DNA of 64,000 nucleotides from positions 222,193-286,192 of the forward strand of contig CALVOZ010000002.1 of the NCBI GenBank assembly GCA_944350495.1. The letters run 5' to 3'. Position 1 is the stretch's first letter, and every line of letters begins with the position of its first letter. A program made the translations under genes and the position numbers. Positions 28,851 through 39,277 of the stretch are shown in pieces. The notes beneath the pieces are model-generated. The model was given only the letters and a program-made list of their open reading frames with translations, was not told the DNA's origin and did not search any database. The DNA comes from an uncultured Bacilli bacterium. Lineage in GTDB: Bacteria > Bacillota_I > Bacilli_A > RF39 > UBA660.

Positions 28851-29639
28851 ATGTTAGAAAAGATACTTATTAAAGAGGTTGTAGCGCCTGTATTAATTAT
28901 TTTTTTTAGTTTTGTTATCTACTTTGTCGCATCTAAAATTGTAAAAAAATTAGTAAAAATTGATAGTAAACGTATTAATGAACGTAAGAAAAAGATGATT
29001 GTTACGGCTGTTAATACTGTTCTTAAAGTATTTATTTTTCTTGTAGCATTAATGATGATATTAGAGATATTTGGAATTGATACTAAATCTTTGGTTACTT
29101 CGTTAGGTGCAATAAGTGTTGTTGTTGGTTTAGCTTTTCAAGATTTATTAAAAGATTTTATTTCAGGATTTACAATTTTATTTGAAGATCAATTTTCAGT
29201 TGGTGATGTAGTAACAATTGATGGTTTTACTGGTACTGTTATTGAAGCTGGGCTAAAATCTACACGAATTAAAGCATATACTGGTGAGGTAAAAATTATA
29301 TCTAATCGTAACATTTTAACAGTTATTAATCATAAGTTGGATACTAACGTTCAACTACTTGATGTATCAGTTAGTTATGATTCCGATATTAATTTAGTTA
29401 AAGAAACATTGACATCAGTTTGCGAAAAATTAACTGATGAGTTAAAACTACCGGTTCCTGCAAACTGTTTAGGAGTTGAAAAATTAAGCGACAGTTCTAT
29501 TGTTTTCCGTATTGAAATTTCAGCATTATATGATGATAAGTTTGGTTTTGCTAGAATTTTTAGAGCTAGGGTTAAGGAAGAATTTGATGCACGAGGAATT
29601 AAGATTCCTTATCCACAAGTGGTGGTTCACAATGAATAA
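28851..29639 (+). CDS. Small-conductance mechanosensitive channel (MscS family)
   Basis: 3 TM segments plus FEDQFSVGDVVTIDGFTGTVIEAGLKSTRIK. Confidence 0.9.
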   Translation: MLEKILIKEVVAPVLIIFFSFVIYFVASKIVKKLVKIDSKRINERKKKMIVTAVNTVLKVFIFLVALMMILEIFGIDTKSLVTSLGAISVVVGLAFQDLLKDFISGFTILFEDQFSVGDVVTIDGFTGTVIEAGLKSTRIKAYTGEVKIISNRNILTVINHKLDTNVQLLDVSVSYDSDINLVKETLTSVCEKLTDELKLPVPANCLGVEKLSDSSIVFRIEISALYDDKFGFARIFRARVKEEFDARGIKIPYPQVVVHNE

Positions 29640-29817
29640 TGAATATAAATTAAATAGTATTGTCATGATGAAAAAAGAACACCCATGTGGTAGTAATGAA
29701 TGGATTATTACGCGAATAGGCGCAGATATTAAGATTAAATGTCAAAAGTGTGGACGTTCAATTATGATGCCTAGAATTGAGTTTAATAAAAAAATGAAGA
29801 AAGTTATTTCTTTATAG
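29632..29817 (+). CDS. DUF951 (YyzM-like) small protein
   Basis: 61 aa: MNNEYKLNSIVMMKKEHPCGSNEWIITRIGADIKIKCQKCGRSIMMPR. The ATG at 29632 is used. The longer track ORF from 29500 would overlap mscS. Confidence 0.85.
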   Translation: MNNEYKLNSIVMMKKEHPCGSNEWIITRIGADIKIKCQKCGRSIMMPRIEFNKKMKKVISL

Positions 29818-29826
29818 GAGGAAAGT

Positions 29827-31329
29827 ATGGCAATAAGGCGTGTTCGAAACAAGAAAACGCTTGGACCGATTGTTATTATGATTCTTATCAGTTTAGGAAT
29901 TATGGTGGCTAGTTTTTTGCTAAATAAATTAGGTCTTCAAGCAGTTTTAACAGAAGTAGGCACTTCTGAAACGACTATAGTTACAGTAAATAATATATTT
30001 AGTAAAGAAGGTATACAATATATTTTTGGTAGCGCGGTTAGTAATTTTAGAACTATTGAACCGTTAATTTATATTGCTATATCACTAATTGCTGTTTCAA
30101 TTTTGGAAGCAAGTGGTTTACTAAAACACTTATTTAGTTATTTTAAAAAATTAAGGCCTTCTTTTGTGACATTTTTAGTATTTTTTATAAGTATTATTTC
30201 AACAGTAGCACTTGATTATGGTTATGCAGTGTTATTTCCTTTGACTGCAGTTTTATATAAAAATTTAAATCGTGATCCAAAATTAGGTATAATGACTGTG
30301 TTTATTGGAATTACAGCCGGTTATGGGGCTGGATTCTTATATAATTATCAAGATATCGCCCTTGGTGCCTTAACAGAGGCTTCAGCTGTCGGAATTATTG
30401 GAGATTTTAAATTTGATCGTTGGTCAATGGCCTTTATTACAACTGCTGCAACTGTTATTTTATCAATTGTTGGTACTATAGCAGTTGAAAAGTTTTTAGC
30501 AAAAAAGACCAAGAAACTTGAAACCGATGAACTTATTATTTCCACTAAAGCTCTTCAAACTACTGGTTTAGTATTTTTAGTATTATTAGCTTTATCAATT
30601 TATGCAATTATTCCTAGTTTACCATTATCTGGATTCTTACTTGATCCAAACGACGTTGGATATATGGATAAGTTATTTGGCCCAGAATCGCCATTTAAAG
30701 AGGGATTTTTAGTATTATTTGTCGTTATTTCTCTTATTTGTGGCTATGTATATGGAAAAATATCACGTAATATTAAAAATGCACGTGAGTATAACAGTTC
30801 AATCTCGGTAGCATTTGAAGGAACTGGTTTCATATTTGCTGGATTGTTCTTTGCTTCAATAATGTTAGGAATACTTGAATGGACTAATATAAGTACGGTT
30901 CTTTCTTTAAAAATTATTAATATATTTAATAATCTTCAAATGACAGGTTTATTCTTAATTGTACTTATGTTTATTGTATTTACAATTATTACTATATTAA
31001 ATCCTACAACTATTGCTAATTGGACTTTAATATCACCCGTATTTATTCCGCTAGGTATACGTGCTAATATATCGCCATCATTTACACAAATGATATTTAA
31101 GGCTTCTGATTCTATTGGTAAATGCTTAACACCGTTTTATGTATATTTGATTGTTATGTTAGGTTTTTTATATAAATATGATACAGATGGTGAAGAATTA
31201 GAATTATTTGGAACAATGCGTAAAATATTACCGGTAATTATTTGGATGGCTTTAGCTTGGATAATTATAATAGTATGTTGGAATTTATTAGGACTCAGTA
31301 TGGGTGTAGGTGTATATCCTACATTATAA
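29827..31329 (+). CDS. AbgT/MtrF family transporter
   Basis: 500-aa polytopic protein. VSNFRTIEPLI, LEASGLLKHL, GYAVLFPLTAVLY and SDSIGKCLTP match blocks of MtrF/AbgT as I recall them. Confidence 0.8.
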   Translation: MAIRRVRNKKTLGPIVIMILISLGIMVASFLLNKLGLQAVLTEVGTSETTIVTVNNIFSKEGIQYIFGSAVSNFRTIEPLIYIAISLIAVSILEASGLLKHLFSYFKKLRPSFVTFLVFFISIISTVALDYGYAVLFPLTAVLYKNLNRDPKLGIMTVFIGITAGYGAGFLYNYQDIALGALTEASAVGIIGDFKFDRWSMAFITTAATVILSIVGTIAVEKFLAKKTKKLETDELIISTKALQTTGLVFLVLLALSIYAIIPSLPLSGFLLDPNDVGYMDKLFGPESPFKEGFLVLFVVISLICGYVYGKISRNIKNAREYNSSISVAFEGTGFIFAGLFFASIMLGILEWTNISTVLSLKIINIFNNLQMTGLFLIVLMFIVFTIITILNPTTIANWTLISPVFIPLGIRANISPSFTQMIFKASDSIGKCLTPFYVYLIVMLGFLYKYDTDGEELELFGTMRKILPVIIWMALAWIIIIVCWNLLGLSMGVGVYPTL

Positions 31330-31404
31330 AAGCACGATTTAAAAGTGCTTTTTTCTTGCAAATTAGTTGATATTATAGTACACTTGACTTGTTGAGGTGA
31401 AATT

Positions 31405-32505
31405 ATGAGTTTAACAGCAGGAATTGTTGGATTACCTAATGTTGGTAAATCAACCTTATTTAATGCAATAACAAAGAAAAATATTTTAGCAGCTAATTAC
31501 CCTTTTGCGACAATAGACCCAAACGTTGGAATCGTTACAGTACCAGATAAAAGACTAGATTTTTTAAATAACTTATATAAGCCAGTTAGTTTAGTACCAA
31601 CTGCATTTGAATTTACTGATATTGCGGGATTAGTTAAGGGGGCATCTACTGGTGAGGGATTAGGGAATAAATTTTTATCACATATCAGAGAAGTTGATGC
31701 AATTGTTGAAGTTGTAAGATGCTTCGATGATAAAAATATTATTCATGTTGAAAACGTTGTTGATCCAATTCGTGATATAGAAATCATTGAGGTGGAATTA
31801 ATTTTAGCTGACTTAGAAATTATTGAGAATAGATTTAATAAAATTGGTAAAAAAGCTGCTCTTTCAAAAGACAAGGATGTTAAGAAAGAGGCAGAATTAT
31901 TAGAAAAACTTCAAAAAGCTTTAGAGGCTAATATTGCAATTAGAAAACTAGAATTAGATGAAGATGAAAAGAAAATGATTAAGCCATTTAATTTATTAAC
32001 CGCTAAGCCAATTATTTATATGGCTAACGTTTCTGAAGATGATATCTTAAAGGGAACTAATGAATATGTAAAGAAAGTTCAGGAATATGCTAAAAAAGAG
32101 AAATCAGGTGTTATCGTAGTATGTGCGAAAATAGAATCTGAATTAAGTGATTTATCAGATGAAGAAAAAAATACTTTCTTAAAGGAATTAGGTATTGAAG
32201 AAAGTGGCTTGGATAAATTAATTAAAGCAACATATTCATTATTAGGTTTAAAAACATTTTTTACGGCTGGTTCTGATGAAGTTCGTGCTTGGACTTTTAA
32301 AGATGGTATGAAGGCACCACAATGTGCGGGTATTATTCATACTGATTTTGAAAGAGGATTCATTAAAGCTGAAATTATGAGTTATGATGATTTGGTTGAT
32401 TGTGGTAATGAAAAATTAGTTAAAGAAGCTGGTAAAATGCGTCTTGAAGGAAAAGACTATATAATGCAGGATGGAGATATTTGCTATTTTAGATTTAATG
32501 TATAA
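31405..32505 (+). CDS. ychF: Ribosome-binding ATPase YchF
   Basis: GIVGLPNVGKSTLFNA, DIAGLVKGAS and a C-terminal TGS-like domain. Confidence 0.96.
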   Translation: MSLTAGIVGLPNVGKSTLFNAITKKNILAANYPFATIDPNVGIVTVPDKRLDFLNNLYKPVSLVPTAFEFTDIAGLVKGASTGEGLGNKFLSHIREVDAIVEVVRCFDDKNIIHVENVVDPIRDIEIIEVELILADLEIIENRFNKIGKKAALSKDKDVKKEAELLEKLQKALEANIAIRKLELDEDEKKMIKPFNLLTAKPIIYMANVSEDDILKGTNEYVKKVQEYAKKEKSGVIVVCAKIESELSDLSDEEKNTFLKELGIEESGLDKLIKATYSLLGLKTFFTAGSDEVRAWTFKDGMKAPQCAGIIHTDFERGFIKAEIMSYDDLVDCGNEKLVKEAGKMRLEGKDYIMQDGDICYFRFNV

Positions 32506-32511
32506 AAAAGA

Positions 32512-32540
32512 GAGAACATTAATTAATGTTCTCCTTTTTA
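32512..32540. terminator. Bidirectional terminator between ychF and the convergent ORF
   Basis: GAGAACATT / AATGTTCTC stem, loop AATT, flanked by A- and T-runs. Confidence 0.7.
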
Positions 32541-33092
32541 ATATTTTCTCCTCTTATGACCTTGATTGCTTTTCTTTTTAGAATAATTTTTTCCAGTTTG
32601 AAAATCTAATTCTTCATGTTTAAATTTTCCATCAATATTAGATTCTAAAACTAATATCGAAGGAGATTTAAAAGAAATAGAACTACAGTCTATTTGTGGA
32701 GCCATTTTATTTAAAAAGGCTATAACACGGTTAATAGACTCTTTATCTTCTTGAACTAAATGTATTCCGATTTCTTTTTTATTTCCAAATTTTATGATAT
32801 CTACCATGAATGTTGCATCAGTTATTTCGATACATATAGATAAACCATTTTGTAATGTAACTAATACATTTTGAAATATTATTGATGGTGAATATGAATT
32901 TCGTCTTTGTAATGAAATCTTACCATCTGTTAATATCTTTTCTTTAACTAACTGTCCATTATATGTGCCAATTCCAAGATCGGTTTCACGATTTATATCG
33001 TGTTCAAATATACTATATTCTGGATGCACAACCTCTAATTCTTTTTTTAAAATATATAAATGGTCACAACTTGCTATTACTTGTTTTCCCAT
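32538..33092 (-). CDS. Hypothetical protein with a basic C-terminal tail
   Basis: 184-aa ORF on the opposite strand, inserted between ychF and rpsF. The tail is KKKSNQGHKRRKY. No family is recognised. Confidence 0.55.
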   Translation of the reverse strand: MGKQVIASCDHLYILKKELEVVHPEYSIFEHDINRETDLGIGTYNGQLVKEKILTDGKISLQRRNSYSPSIIFQNVLVTLQNGLSICIEITDATFMVDIIKFGNKKEIGIHLVQEDKESINRVIAFLNKMAPQIDCSSISFKSPSILVLESNIDGKFKHEELDFQTGKNYSKKKSNQGHKRRKY

Positions 33093-33154
33093 AAAATCAC
33101 CCGTAGACAGTATTTTATCAAATTGCTATTTTATAATCAAGTTAAAATTTATTA

Positions 33155-33183
33155 TTTACAAATCATATTATATTTGTTATAAT
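33155..33183 (+). promoter_or_regulatory. Sigma-A promoter of the rpsF-ssb-rpsR operon
   Basis: TTTACA, a 17-nt spacer, then TATAAT. Confidence 0.65.
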
Positions 33184-33246
33184 CTATGTCGAGTATGAAT
33201 TTACTCCTTGCCTGAAGAAGGCTTTTAACCATGAGGAGGTGTGAGA
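33184..33246 (+). promoter_or_regulatory. rpsF 5' leader (candidate S6:S18 autoregulatory element)
   Basis: About 60-nt leader with a GCCT/AGGC hairpin directly upstream of GAGGAGG. Firmicute rpsF leaders are known to bind S6:S18. I did not check the fit to the covariance model. Confidence 0.35.
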
Positions 33247-33549
33247 ATGAGAAATTATGAAATTATGTTCATTGTTAAGCCAACACTAGCTGAAGCAGAA
33301 ATTAGTAAAGTAGCTGAAGATTTAAAGAAGACTTTAGAATCATATGGTAGTAAAGTTACAAGTGTTGACGCTTGGGGACAAAGAACACTAGCTTATGAAA
33401 TTAAGAAACGTTCAGAAGTATTCAAAAGCGGATATTATTATGTATACCAAGTTGAAGCTAATGATGATTTAGGAGTTAAAGAGTTCGATCGTTTAGCTGG
33501 TATTAGTGCTGATATAATCAGACATTTAATCATTAGAAAAGAAGACTAA
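33247..33549 (+). CDS. rpsF: 30S ribosomal protein S6
   Basis: MRNYEIMFIVKP. The ATG lies 8 nt after GAGGAGG. Confidence 0.95.
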   Translation: MRNYEIMFIVKPTLAEAEISKVAEDLKKTLESYGSKVTSVDAWGQRTLAYEIKKRSEVFKSGYYYVYQVEANDDLGVKEFDRLAGISADIIRHLIIRKED

Positions 33550-33563
33550 GAGAGAGGTATTAC

Positions 33564-34019
33564 ATGAATAAAGTATTATTGGTTGGTAGATTAACTGCAA
33601 AACCTGAATTAAGGTATACTAACGGGAATACTGCATTTTTAAGATTTACTGTTGCTGTTAATAGAAACTTTACAAATAGCGATGGTAAAAGAGAAGCTGA
33701 TTTTATCAATGTTGTAGCTTGGAGAAAACAAGCTGAAACTATAGCTAAATTTTTTGATAAAGGAAATTTAATTGCTGTAGAAGGAAGATTACAAACGGGA
33801 AGTTACGATGATAGAGATGGCAATAAGAGATATACAACTGACGTTGCGTTAGATAATTTTGAATTTGTTGAAGGAAAAAATAGTAGATCTCAAAGTGATG
33901 ATTTTGAATCATCTCAACCAAGCCCATATGATTATCAAAACAATAGTGTTAGTGTTGAAAATGATCCATTTGCAGAATATGGAGATTCTGTTTCAATTGA
34001 TGATAACTTCCTAGACTAA
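33564..34019 (+). CDS. ssb: Single-stranded DNA-binding protein
   Basis: [21 protein letters not shown] fold and an acidic tail ending DDNFLD. Confidence 0.95.
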   Translation: MNKVLLVGRLTAKPELRYTNGNTAFLRFTVAVNRNFTNSDGKREADFINVVAWRKQAETIAKFFDKGNLIAVEGRLQTGSYDDRDGNKRYTTDVALDNFEFVEGKNSRSQSDDFESSQPSPYDYQNNSVSVENDPFAEYGDSVSIDDNFLD

Positions 34020-34033
34020 AGGAGGAATTAAAA

Positions 34034-34252
34034 ATGGCTGAATTTTTTAGAAAAAAGAAAAAAGTATGCCAAATGTGTACTGGTAAAGATGTAGACTACA
34101 AAAACATCGAAGTTATTAAAAAATATGTTAGTGCTGATAAAGGTAAAATCTTACCAAGAAGAATTACTGGTAATTGCGCTAAACATCAAAGATATGTAGC
34201 TACTCAAGTTAAATATGCACGTTTTATGGCACTTATTCCATTTACAAAATAA
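34034..34252 (+). CDS. rpsR: 30S ribosomal protein S18
   Basis: KKVCQMC...IDYKN...LKKYVS...[10 protein letters not shown]. Confidence 0.95.
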   Translation: MAEFFRKKKKVCQMCTGKDVDYKNIEVIKKYVSADKGKILPRRITGNCAKHQRYVATQVKYARFMALIPFTK

Positions 34253-34283
34253 AAAAAGATTGATAGTTATCAATCTTTTTTTT
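34252..34283. terminator. Bidirectional terminator after rpsR
   Basis: AGATTGATA / TATCAATCT stem flanked by an A-run and a T-run. Confidence 0.75.
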
Positions 34284-34299
34284 AACAAAAGAAATGCTT

Positions 34300-34623
34300 T
34301 TATTTTTTTATTTGACCCACTACTTTAGTAAGTGGTGCATTACAATATTCACAAACTTCAACATTATCTGTTAGTGATGCACCACAATTAGGACATTTTA
34401 GGGATTTATATTCGGGATTCATTTCTTTGGCCATATTAACTGCAACTTTTCCCATTACAGTAGCCATCTTTTCCATTTGTTCAATATTTTGATTACTTGT
34501 TAAATCATTCATCATTTGCTGAGTAGGATTTTTACTAGTCATTACTTTAAATATCATAAAGAAAGTTAGAGCAAACACGGCTATGGCCATAACAAGAACA
34601 ATTATAAATACGAAATCGAACAT
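34300..34623 (-). CDS. Membrane-anchored zinc-ribbon protein
   Basis: N-terminal TM (FVFIIVLVMAIAVFALTFFMIF) and C-terminal CPNCGA...CEYCNA. The ATG at 34623 follows GAGAGG. Confidence 0.6.
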   Translation of the reverse strand: MFDFVFIIVLVMAIAVFALTFFMIFKVMTSKNPTQQMMNDLTSNQNIEQMEKMATVMGKVAVNMAKEMNPEYKSLKCPNCGASLTDNVEVCEYCNAPLTKVVGQIKK

Positions 34624-34712
34624 TTTACCAACCTCTCTCATAATGTTTTATATATAATTTAATTTTATAATCAATTACATTTATTGTCAAATAAAAAGAC
34701 TAATTACAGTCT

Positions 34713-35687
34713 TTAAATTTTTTCAATTAAGAAAGTTAATAAATCTTCTGGCACTTTATCACCATATATAATATCATATATTAAATTAATAATTGGCATT
34801 TTCACTTGTTTATCATCTAGTAACTTATAAATTGATTTTAAAGTGTATAAACCTTCTATTGTGGTTGTTTCAATGTATCTATCTATTTCATTTTGAGAAG
34901 CTTTTTTGCCTAATAGTTGTCCAAATGAAAAGTTTCTAGATTTTGTACTAGTACAGGTTAATAATAAGTCACCAAATCCTGCAAAAGATAAAATAGTTGT
35001 TTTTCTACCACCTAAAGCATCAATTAATTCTTTAATATCGTTTAATGATTCAGTAATCATCATTGCTTGTGTAGAAATTGGTAATTGCATTCCGTCTAAC
35101 ATACCATTAGCAATTGCAATAACGTTTTTGATTGAACCACATATTTCAATACCTAAAACATCATCAGTTGGTCTTAATTTTACATGGCTGTTTTCTAGGG
35201 CTGTTTGAATAATTTTCATAGTTTCAATGTTTTTAGTTCCTAATGATAAACCAACTGGAACTTTATTTGCTACGTCAATAGCAAATGTTGGCCCTGAGAT
35301 AACGCCAATTTTATCTGTATCGATATTTTCAGTTACAACATCAGATACAAATCTACATGTATCTCTTTCTATACCTTTAGAGGCAATACATATATGTTGA
35401 TTATCTTTTATGTAATTTGCTAACTCTTTCGATACATTATCAACAAAAGCAGCAGGTACTGCAATTAAAATTAAATCAGCCCCTTCGACTGTCGCTTTAA
35501 AATCAGTTGATATTTTTATCTCATCGTCAATAATAATATTTTTTAAGTTTGGGCTTGTTCTAGTTTGCGACAAATAATTTGCTTCTTCTTCAAACTTTGT
35601 CCACATTTCTACTTTATGTCCGTTTTCATTTAAAATAAGTGCTAAAGAAACACCATATGCTCCGGTTCCTAGTACTCCTACTTTCAT
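34713..35687 (-). CDS. gpsA: NAD(P)H-dependent glycerol-3-phosphate dehydrogenase
   Basis: MKVGVLGTGAYG Rossmann N-terminus and GSIKNVIAIA. The internal Met at 35687 is used as the start. Confidence 0.93.
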   Translation of the reverse strand: MKVGVLGTGAYGVSLALILNENGHKVEMWTKFEEEANYLSQTRTSPNLKNIIIDDEIKISTDFKATVEGADLILIAVPAAFVDNVSKELANYIKDNQHICIASKGIERDTCRFVSDVVTENIDTDKIGVISGPTFAIDVANKVPVGLSLGTKNIETMKIIQTALENSHVKLRPTDDVLGIEICGSIKNVIAIANGMLDGMQLPISTQAMMITESLNDIKELIDALGGRKTTILSFAGFGDLLLTCTSTKSRNFSFGQLLGKKASQNEIDRYIETTTIEGLYTLKSIYKLLDDKQVKMPIINLIYDIIYGDKVPEDLLTFLIEKI

Positions 35688-35808
35688 AACATCACCACTA
35701 TAATTATAACATAGCATTAATAAATTAATTATAAAATATTATTAAATCCTTTTTTTGGCTATATAAATATATTAAAATTATTATAGGTTAAGATTGTGAT
35801 GTGATAAT

Positions 35809-36230
35809 TTGAAAAAAGTTCTAAAATTACTTGTAAGTAAGTACGCCGTAGAAGAATTTGATTGGATGCACTTTAAGATTACCGAAGAAAATCCCTTAAC
35901 TTATCATCATATAAAGAAAAAAGAATTTGGTGGGAAAAAACAATTGAAAATGGTGCACCTTTAACAGTTGATGCTCAAAGCTACTTGCATTATATTGAGA
36001 AGAAGGATATCAATGCCTATAATCGAATCAATGCGATTTTAAGAAAAATAAATCGTCAAGGATTTGCACCAACTCCTGAATAATACAAGAAGATAGAACT
36101 TTTAATGATTGATTTTGAAATAACTCGCTTAACAGCTTTACAAAAACAGCGTAATAAAGCACATGAAAATATTAAACCACATGCCGCTCGTAAAAATCGT
36201 CGGCAAGGCAGTCAAAAAGTGAAAAAATAA
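35809..36230 (+). pseudogene. Disrupted small HNH endonuclease gene
   Basis: Frame 1 gives ...PLTYHHIKKKEFGGKK and then stops. Restoring one A in the A6 run (35935-35940) gives ...GGKKTIENGAPLTVDAQSYLHYIEKK, an HNH core. An in-frame TAA follows at 36081-36083, after which the same frame stays open for a further 48 K/R-rich codons. Confidence 0.6.
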
Positions 36231-36249
36231 AAAAAAGTTCAAAAAAGTG

Positions 36250-36278
36250 TTGATTTTTCAATGCTTTTTTAGTATACT
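36250..36278 (+). promoter_or_regulatory. Sigma-A promoter of the S10 operon
   Basis: TTGATT, a 17-nt spacer, then TATACT. Confidence 0.55.
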
Positions 36279-36412
36279 TTTGAATGTGTGGCATGCTAGG
36301 ATGTGTGAGGTTGCCGATACACCAGGTTAAGTTGATATGAAATTTAAATTGAAAATCGGGTTTTCACACGGAGCAAGTCTATACAGAGATATAGGCGAAG
36401 GGAGGACACAAA
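36279..36412 (+). promoter_or_regulatory. Structured 5' leader of the S10 operon
   Basis: About 130-nt untranslated leader with long-range GTGTGA/TCACAC pairing and a CTATA/TATAG hairpin next to the RBS GGGAGG. Any regulatory role is inferred. Confidence 0.35.
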
Positions 36413-36721
36413 ATGTCAAAAGTTAAAATTCGTATCAAATTAAAAGCTTTCGAACATAAGAGTTTAGATAAAGCTTGTGCGAAAATCGTTGAAACTGTTA
36501 AGAGAAATGGTGGAGAAGTTAGTGGACCAATTCCACTTCCAACTGAAGTTGAAAAAATCACTATCTTAAGAGCTGTTCACAAAGATAAAGATTCACGTGA
36601 GCAATTTGAAAAAAGAACACACAAAAGACTTATTGATATTATTAACCCAACAAAGGAAACTATTGAGGCATTAACTCATTTAGAAGTACCAAGTGGTGTA
36701 AATATCAAAATTAGTAAATAA
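36413..36721 (+). CDS. rpsJ: 30S ribosomal protein S10
   Basis: [15 protein letters not shown]; first gene of the S10 cluster. Confidence 0.97.
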   Translation: MSKVKIRIKLKAFEHKSLDKACAKIVETVKRNGGEVSGPIPLPTEVEKITILRAVHKDKDSREQFEKRTHKRLIDIINPTKETIEALTHLEVPSGVNIKISK

Positions 36722-36740
36722 TTAATAGGAGGAAAAGTAT

Positions 36741-37478
36741 ATGAAAGGAATCTTAGGTCGTAAAATTGGAATGACTCAAGTATTTACTGAATCTGGGAAA
36801 TTGATTCCTGTAACTGTTGTTGAAGTTGAGCCAAATATAGTAACTCAAATCAAAACTAAAGAAAACGATGGTTATGAAGCTATTCAATTAGGATTCGATA
36901 CAAAGAGAGAAAAGCTAGCGACTAAAGCTTCAGCTGGACATACAGCTAAAGCTAATACTACACCTAAGCGCTTCTTTAGAGAAATAAAGGGTGTAGATAT
37001 CAATGATTATACTGTTGGACAAGAAGTTAAAGTTGACTTATTTGCACCAGGTGAAGTTGTTGATGTTACTGGAACTACTAAAGGTAAAGGGTTCCAAGGC
37101 GTAATTAAGAGACATGGACAATCAAGAGGCCCTATGGGACATGGTTCTCACTATCATAGAAGACCAGGTTCAATGGGAACTATGAGACCAATGCGTGTTT
37201 TCAAAGGAAAAAAATTACCAGGACATATGGGTACACTTACAGTTACAATTCAAAATCTTGAAGTAGTTGCTGTTGATTTAGAAAATAATGTAATATTAAT
37301 CAAAGGAAATATTCCTGGTCCTAAAAAAGGGTTAGTTATTATTAAGAGTGCTGTTAAAAACTTAGGTAAAGTTAATGAAACAGAAAACTTAGTAAACTAT
37401 GCTCCTGTTGAAACTGCAGAGGTTGAAGAAGTTGTTACTGAAGAAGTAGCTACTGAAACTACTACTGAAGAAAACTAG
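36741..37478 (+). CDS. rplC: 50S ribosomal protein L3 (with an acidic C-terminal tail)
   Basis: [15 protein letters not shown] and FQGVIKRHG. About 35 extra C-terminal residues are rich in E/T/V. Confidence 0.96.
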   Translation: MKGILGRKIGMTQVFTESGKLIPVTVVEVEPNIVTQIKTKENDGYEAIQLGFDTKREKLATKASAGHTAKANTTPKRFFREIKGVDINDYTVGQEVKVDLFAPGEVVDVTGTTKGKGFQGVIKRHGQSRGPMGHGSHYHRRPGSMGTMRPMRVFKGKKLPGHMGTLTVTIQNLEVVAVDLENNVILIKGNIPGPKKGLVIIKSAVKNLGKVNETENLVNYAPVETAEVEEVVTEEVATETTTEEN

Positions 37479-37496
37479 TAGGGAGGATAAAAACTT

Positions 37497-38123
37497 ATGA
37501 AGAAAATTGATGTATTAAATGTACAAGGTAAAAAAGTTAAAGATATTACATTAAACGAATCAGTATTTGGTATTGAACCAAATGATGCTGTTATCTACGA
37601 TGCAATTAGATTAGCAACAGCAAACGCAAGACAAGGTACACATAGTGTTAAAACACGTTCAGAAGTTTCTGGCGGTGGAAGAAAACCATGGAGACAAAAA
37701 GGTACAGGACGTGCTCGTCAAGGATCAACTCGTGCTCCACACTGGATTCACGGTGGTGTAGTATTTGGTCCACAAACAGAAAAGAATTACACATTAAAAA
37801 TGAATCGTAAAGAAAGAAGATTAGCTTTAAAATCTGCTTTATCTTATAAAGTGTTAGATAATGAGTTAATCGTTCTTGATGAATTAAAATTAGCAAGTGC
37901 TAAAACAAAAGAAATGAAAGATATTTTAGCAAACTTAAATGTCGAAAGAAACATTTTAGTTGTTGTTGATGAATTAGATGAAAATTTAATTTTAGCAGCT
38001 AGAAATTTAGAAAATGTATTATTATTACAAGCTAACGAAATCAATACAATGGATATTGTATCTGCTCATGTATTAATAGCTACAGAGGCTGCAATTAAAT
38101 CAGTAGAGGAGGCTTTAGCATAA
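37497..38123 (+). CDS. rplD: 50S ribosomal protein L4
   Basis: [19 protein letters not shown]. Confidence 0.96.
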   Translation: MKKIDVLNVQGKKVKDITLNESVFGIEPNDAVIYDAIRLATANARQGTHSVKTRSEVSGGGRKPWRQKGTGRARQGSTRAPHWIHGGVVFGPQTEKNYTLKMNRKERRLALKSALSYKVLDNELIVLDELKLASAKTKEMKDILANLNVERNILVVVDELDENLILAARNLENVLLLQANEINTMDIVSAHVLIATEAAIKSVEEALA

Positions 38124-38404
38124 TGAGTAACTATAGAGATATTATTAAAGAGCCAATTGTTACTGAAAAGACTGCTACTTTAGCAAAAGATAAAAACACA
38201 ATCGTGTTTAGTGTTGATCCAAAAGCTAACAAAACTCAAATTAAACAAGCAGTTGAAAAAGTATTCGATGTTAAAGTTGAAAGTGTTAATACAGTTAATG
38301 CTACAACTAAGAAAAAAAGAGTTGGTCGCTACACTGGTAGAACTAACAAGAGAAAAAAAGCTATTGTTAAATTAGCTGAAGGTAGTTCAATCGAACTAAA
38401 CTAA
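38123..38404 (+). CDS. rplW: 50S ribosomal protein L23
   Basis: [11 protein letters not shown]...[17 protein letters not shown]. Confidence 0.95.
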   Translation: MSNYRDIIKEPIVTEKTATLAKDKNTIVFSVDPKANKTQIKQAVEKVFDVKVESVNTVNATTKKKRVGRYTGRTNKRKKAIVKLAEGSSIELN

Positions 38405-38424
38405 TCTAAAGGAGGATTATACGT

Positions 38425-39258
38425 ATGGCAATCAAAAGTTATAAGTCAACAACTAATGGTAGACGTGGTATGACTACTTTAGATAATGGTGAATTAACTA
38501 AAGTACAACCAGAGAAATCATTATTAGTTACAAAAAAGAAAAATGGTGGGCGTAATAATCAAGGTAGAATCACTGTAAGACACCAAGGTGGTGGAGAAAA
38601 GAGAAAATACCGTATTATTGATTTTAAAAGAGATAAAGACGGAATTCCTGGAACTGTTGCTTCTATCGAATACGATCCAAACAGAAGTTCAAACATTGCT
38701 CTTATAAATTATGTTGATGGAGAAAAAAGATATATTATTGCTCCAAAAGGCTTAAAAGTAGGAGACAAAGTTGAAAGTGGTATTAACGCTGACATTAAAG
38801 TTGGTAACTGTTTACCATTAGAGAATATTCCAGAAGGTACTGTTGTTCACAACGTTGAGTTAAAAGCTGGAAAAGGTGGACAATTAGCTCGTTCTGCTGG
38901 TTCTTCAGTTCAAATATTAGGACGTGAAGGAAAATATACATTACTTCGTTTAACTAGCGGTGAAGTTCGTAAAGTATTAAGTACTTGCAGAGCAACAATC
39001 GGAGAAGTAGGAAATGAAGATTATGAATTAGTAAGTTTAGGAAAAGCTGGTCGTAAAAGACATATGGGTATCAGACCTACAGTTCGCGGATCAGTTATGA
39101 ATCCTAACGATCACCCACATGGTGGTGGTGAAGGTCGTGCGCCAATTGGACGTAAAGGACCTGTTACTCCTTGGGGTAAACCTGCACTTGGTTATAAAAC
39201 TCGTAAGGGTAAAAAACAATCTGATGGCTTAATTATTCGTCGTCGTAACACTAAATAA
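38425..39258 (+). CDS. rplB: 50S ribosomal protein L2
   Basis: [16 protein letters not shown] and [13 protein letters not shown]. Confidence 0.97.
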   Translation: MAIKSYKSTTNGRRGMTTLDNGELTKVQPEKSLLVTKKKNGGRNNQGRITVRHQGGGEKRKYRIIDFKRDKDGIPGTVASIEYDPNRSSNIALINYVDGEKRYIIAPKGLKVGDKVESGINADIKVGNCLPLENIPEGTVVHNVELKAGKGGQLARSAGSSVQILGREGKYTLLRLTSGEVRKVLSTCRATIGEVGNEDYELVSLGKAGRKRHMGIRPTVRGSVMNPNDHPHGGGEGRAPIGRKGPVTPWGKPALGYKTRKGKKQSDGLIIRRRNTK

Positions 39259-39277
39259 TAGGGAAAGGATGGTTTAG

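Noticed and set aside
29609-29617. A perfect DnaA box (TTATCCACA) is present.
   Set aside because: It is a single occurrence inside the mscS coding sequence. No cluster or AT-rich unwinding element is present, so it is not an origin.
29500-29631. The long N-terminal extension of the DUF951 ORF would overlap the mscS 3' end.
   Set aside because: The conserved DUF951 sequence begins at the ATG at 29632. The extension would overlap mscS by 140 nt in another frame.
6294-31361. Other antisense track ORFs fall in the first half of the window: 6294-6485, 9807-10013, 11027-11302, 12897-13097, 18439-18645, 21997-22356, 30348-30545 and 31137-31361.
   Set aside because: Same reasoning. Each is embedded antisense in a well-supported gene, with no start context.
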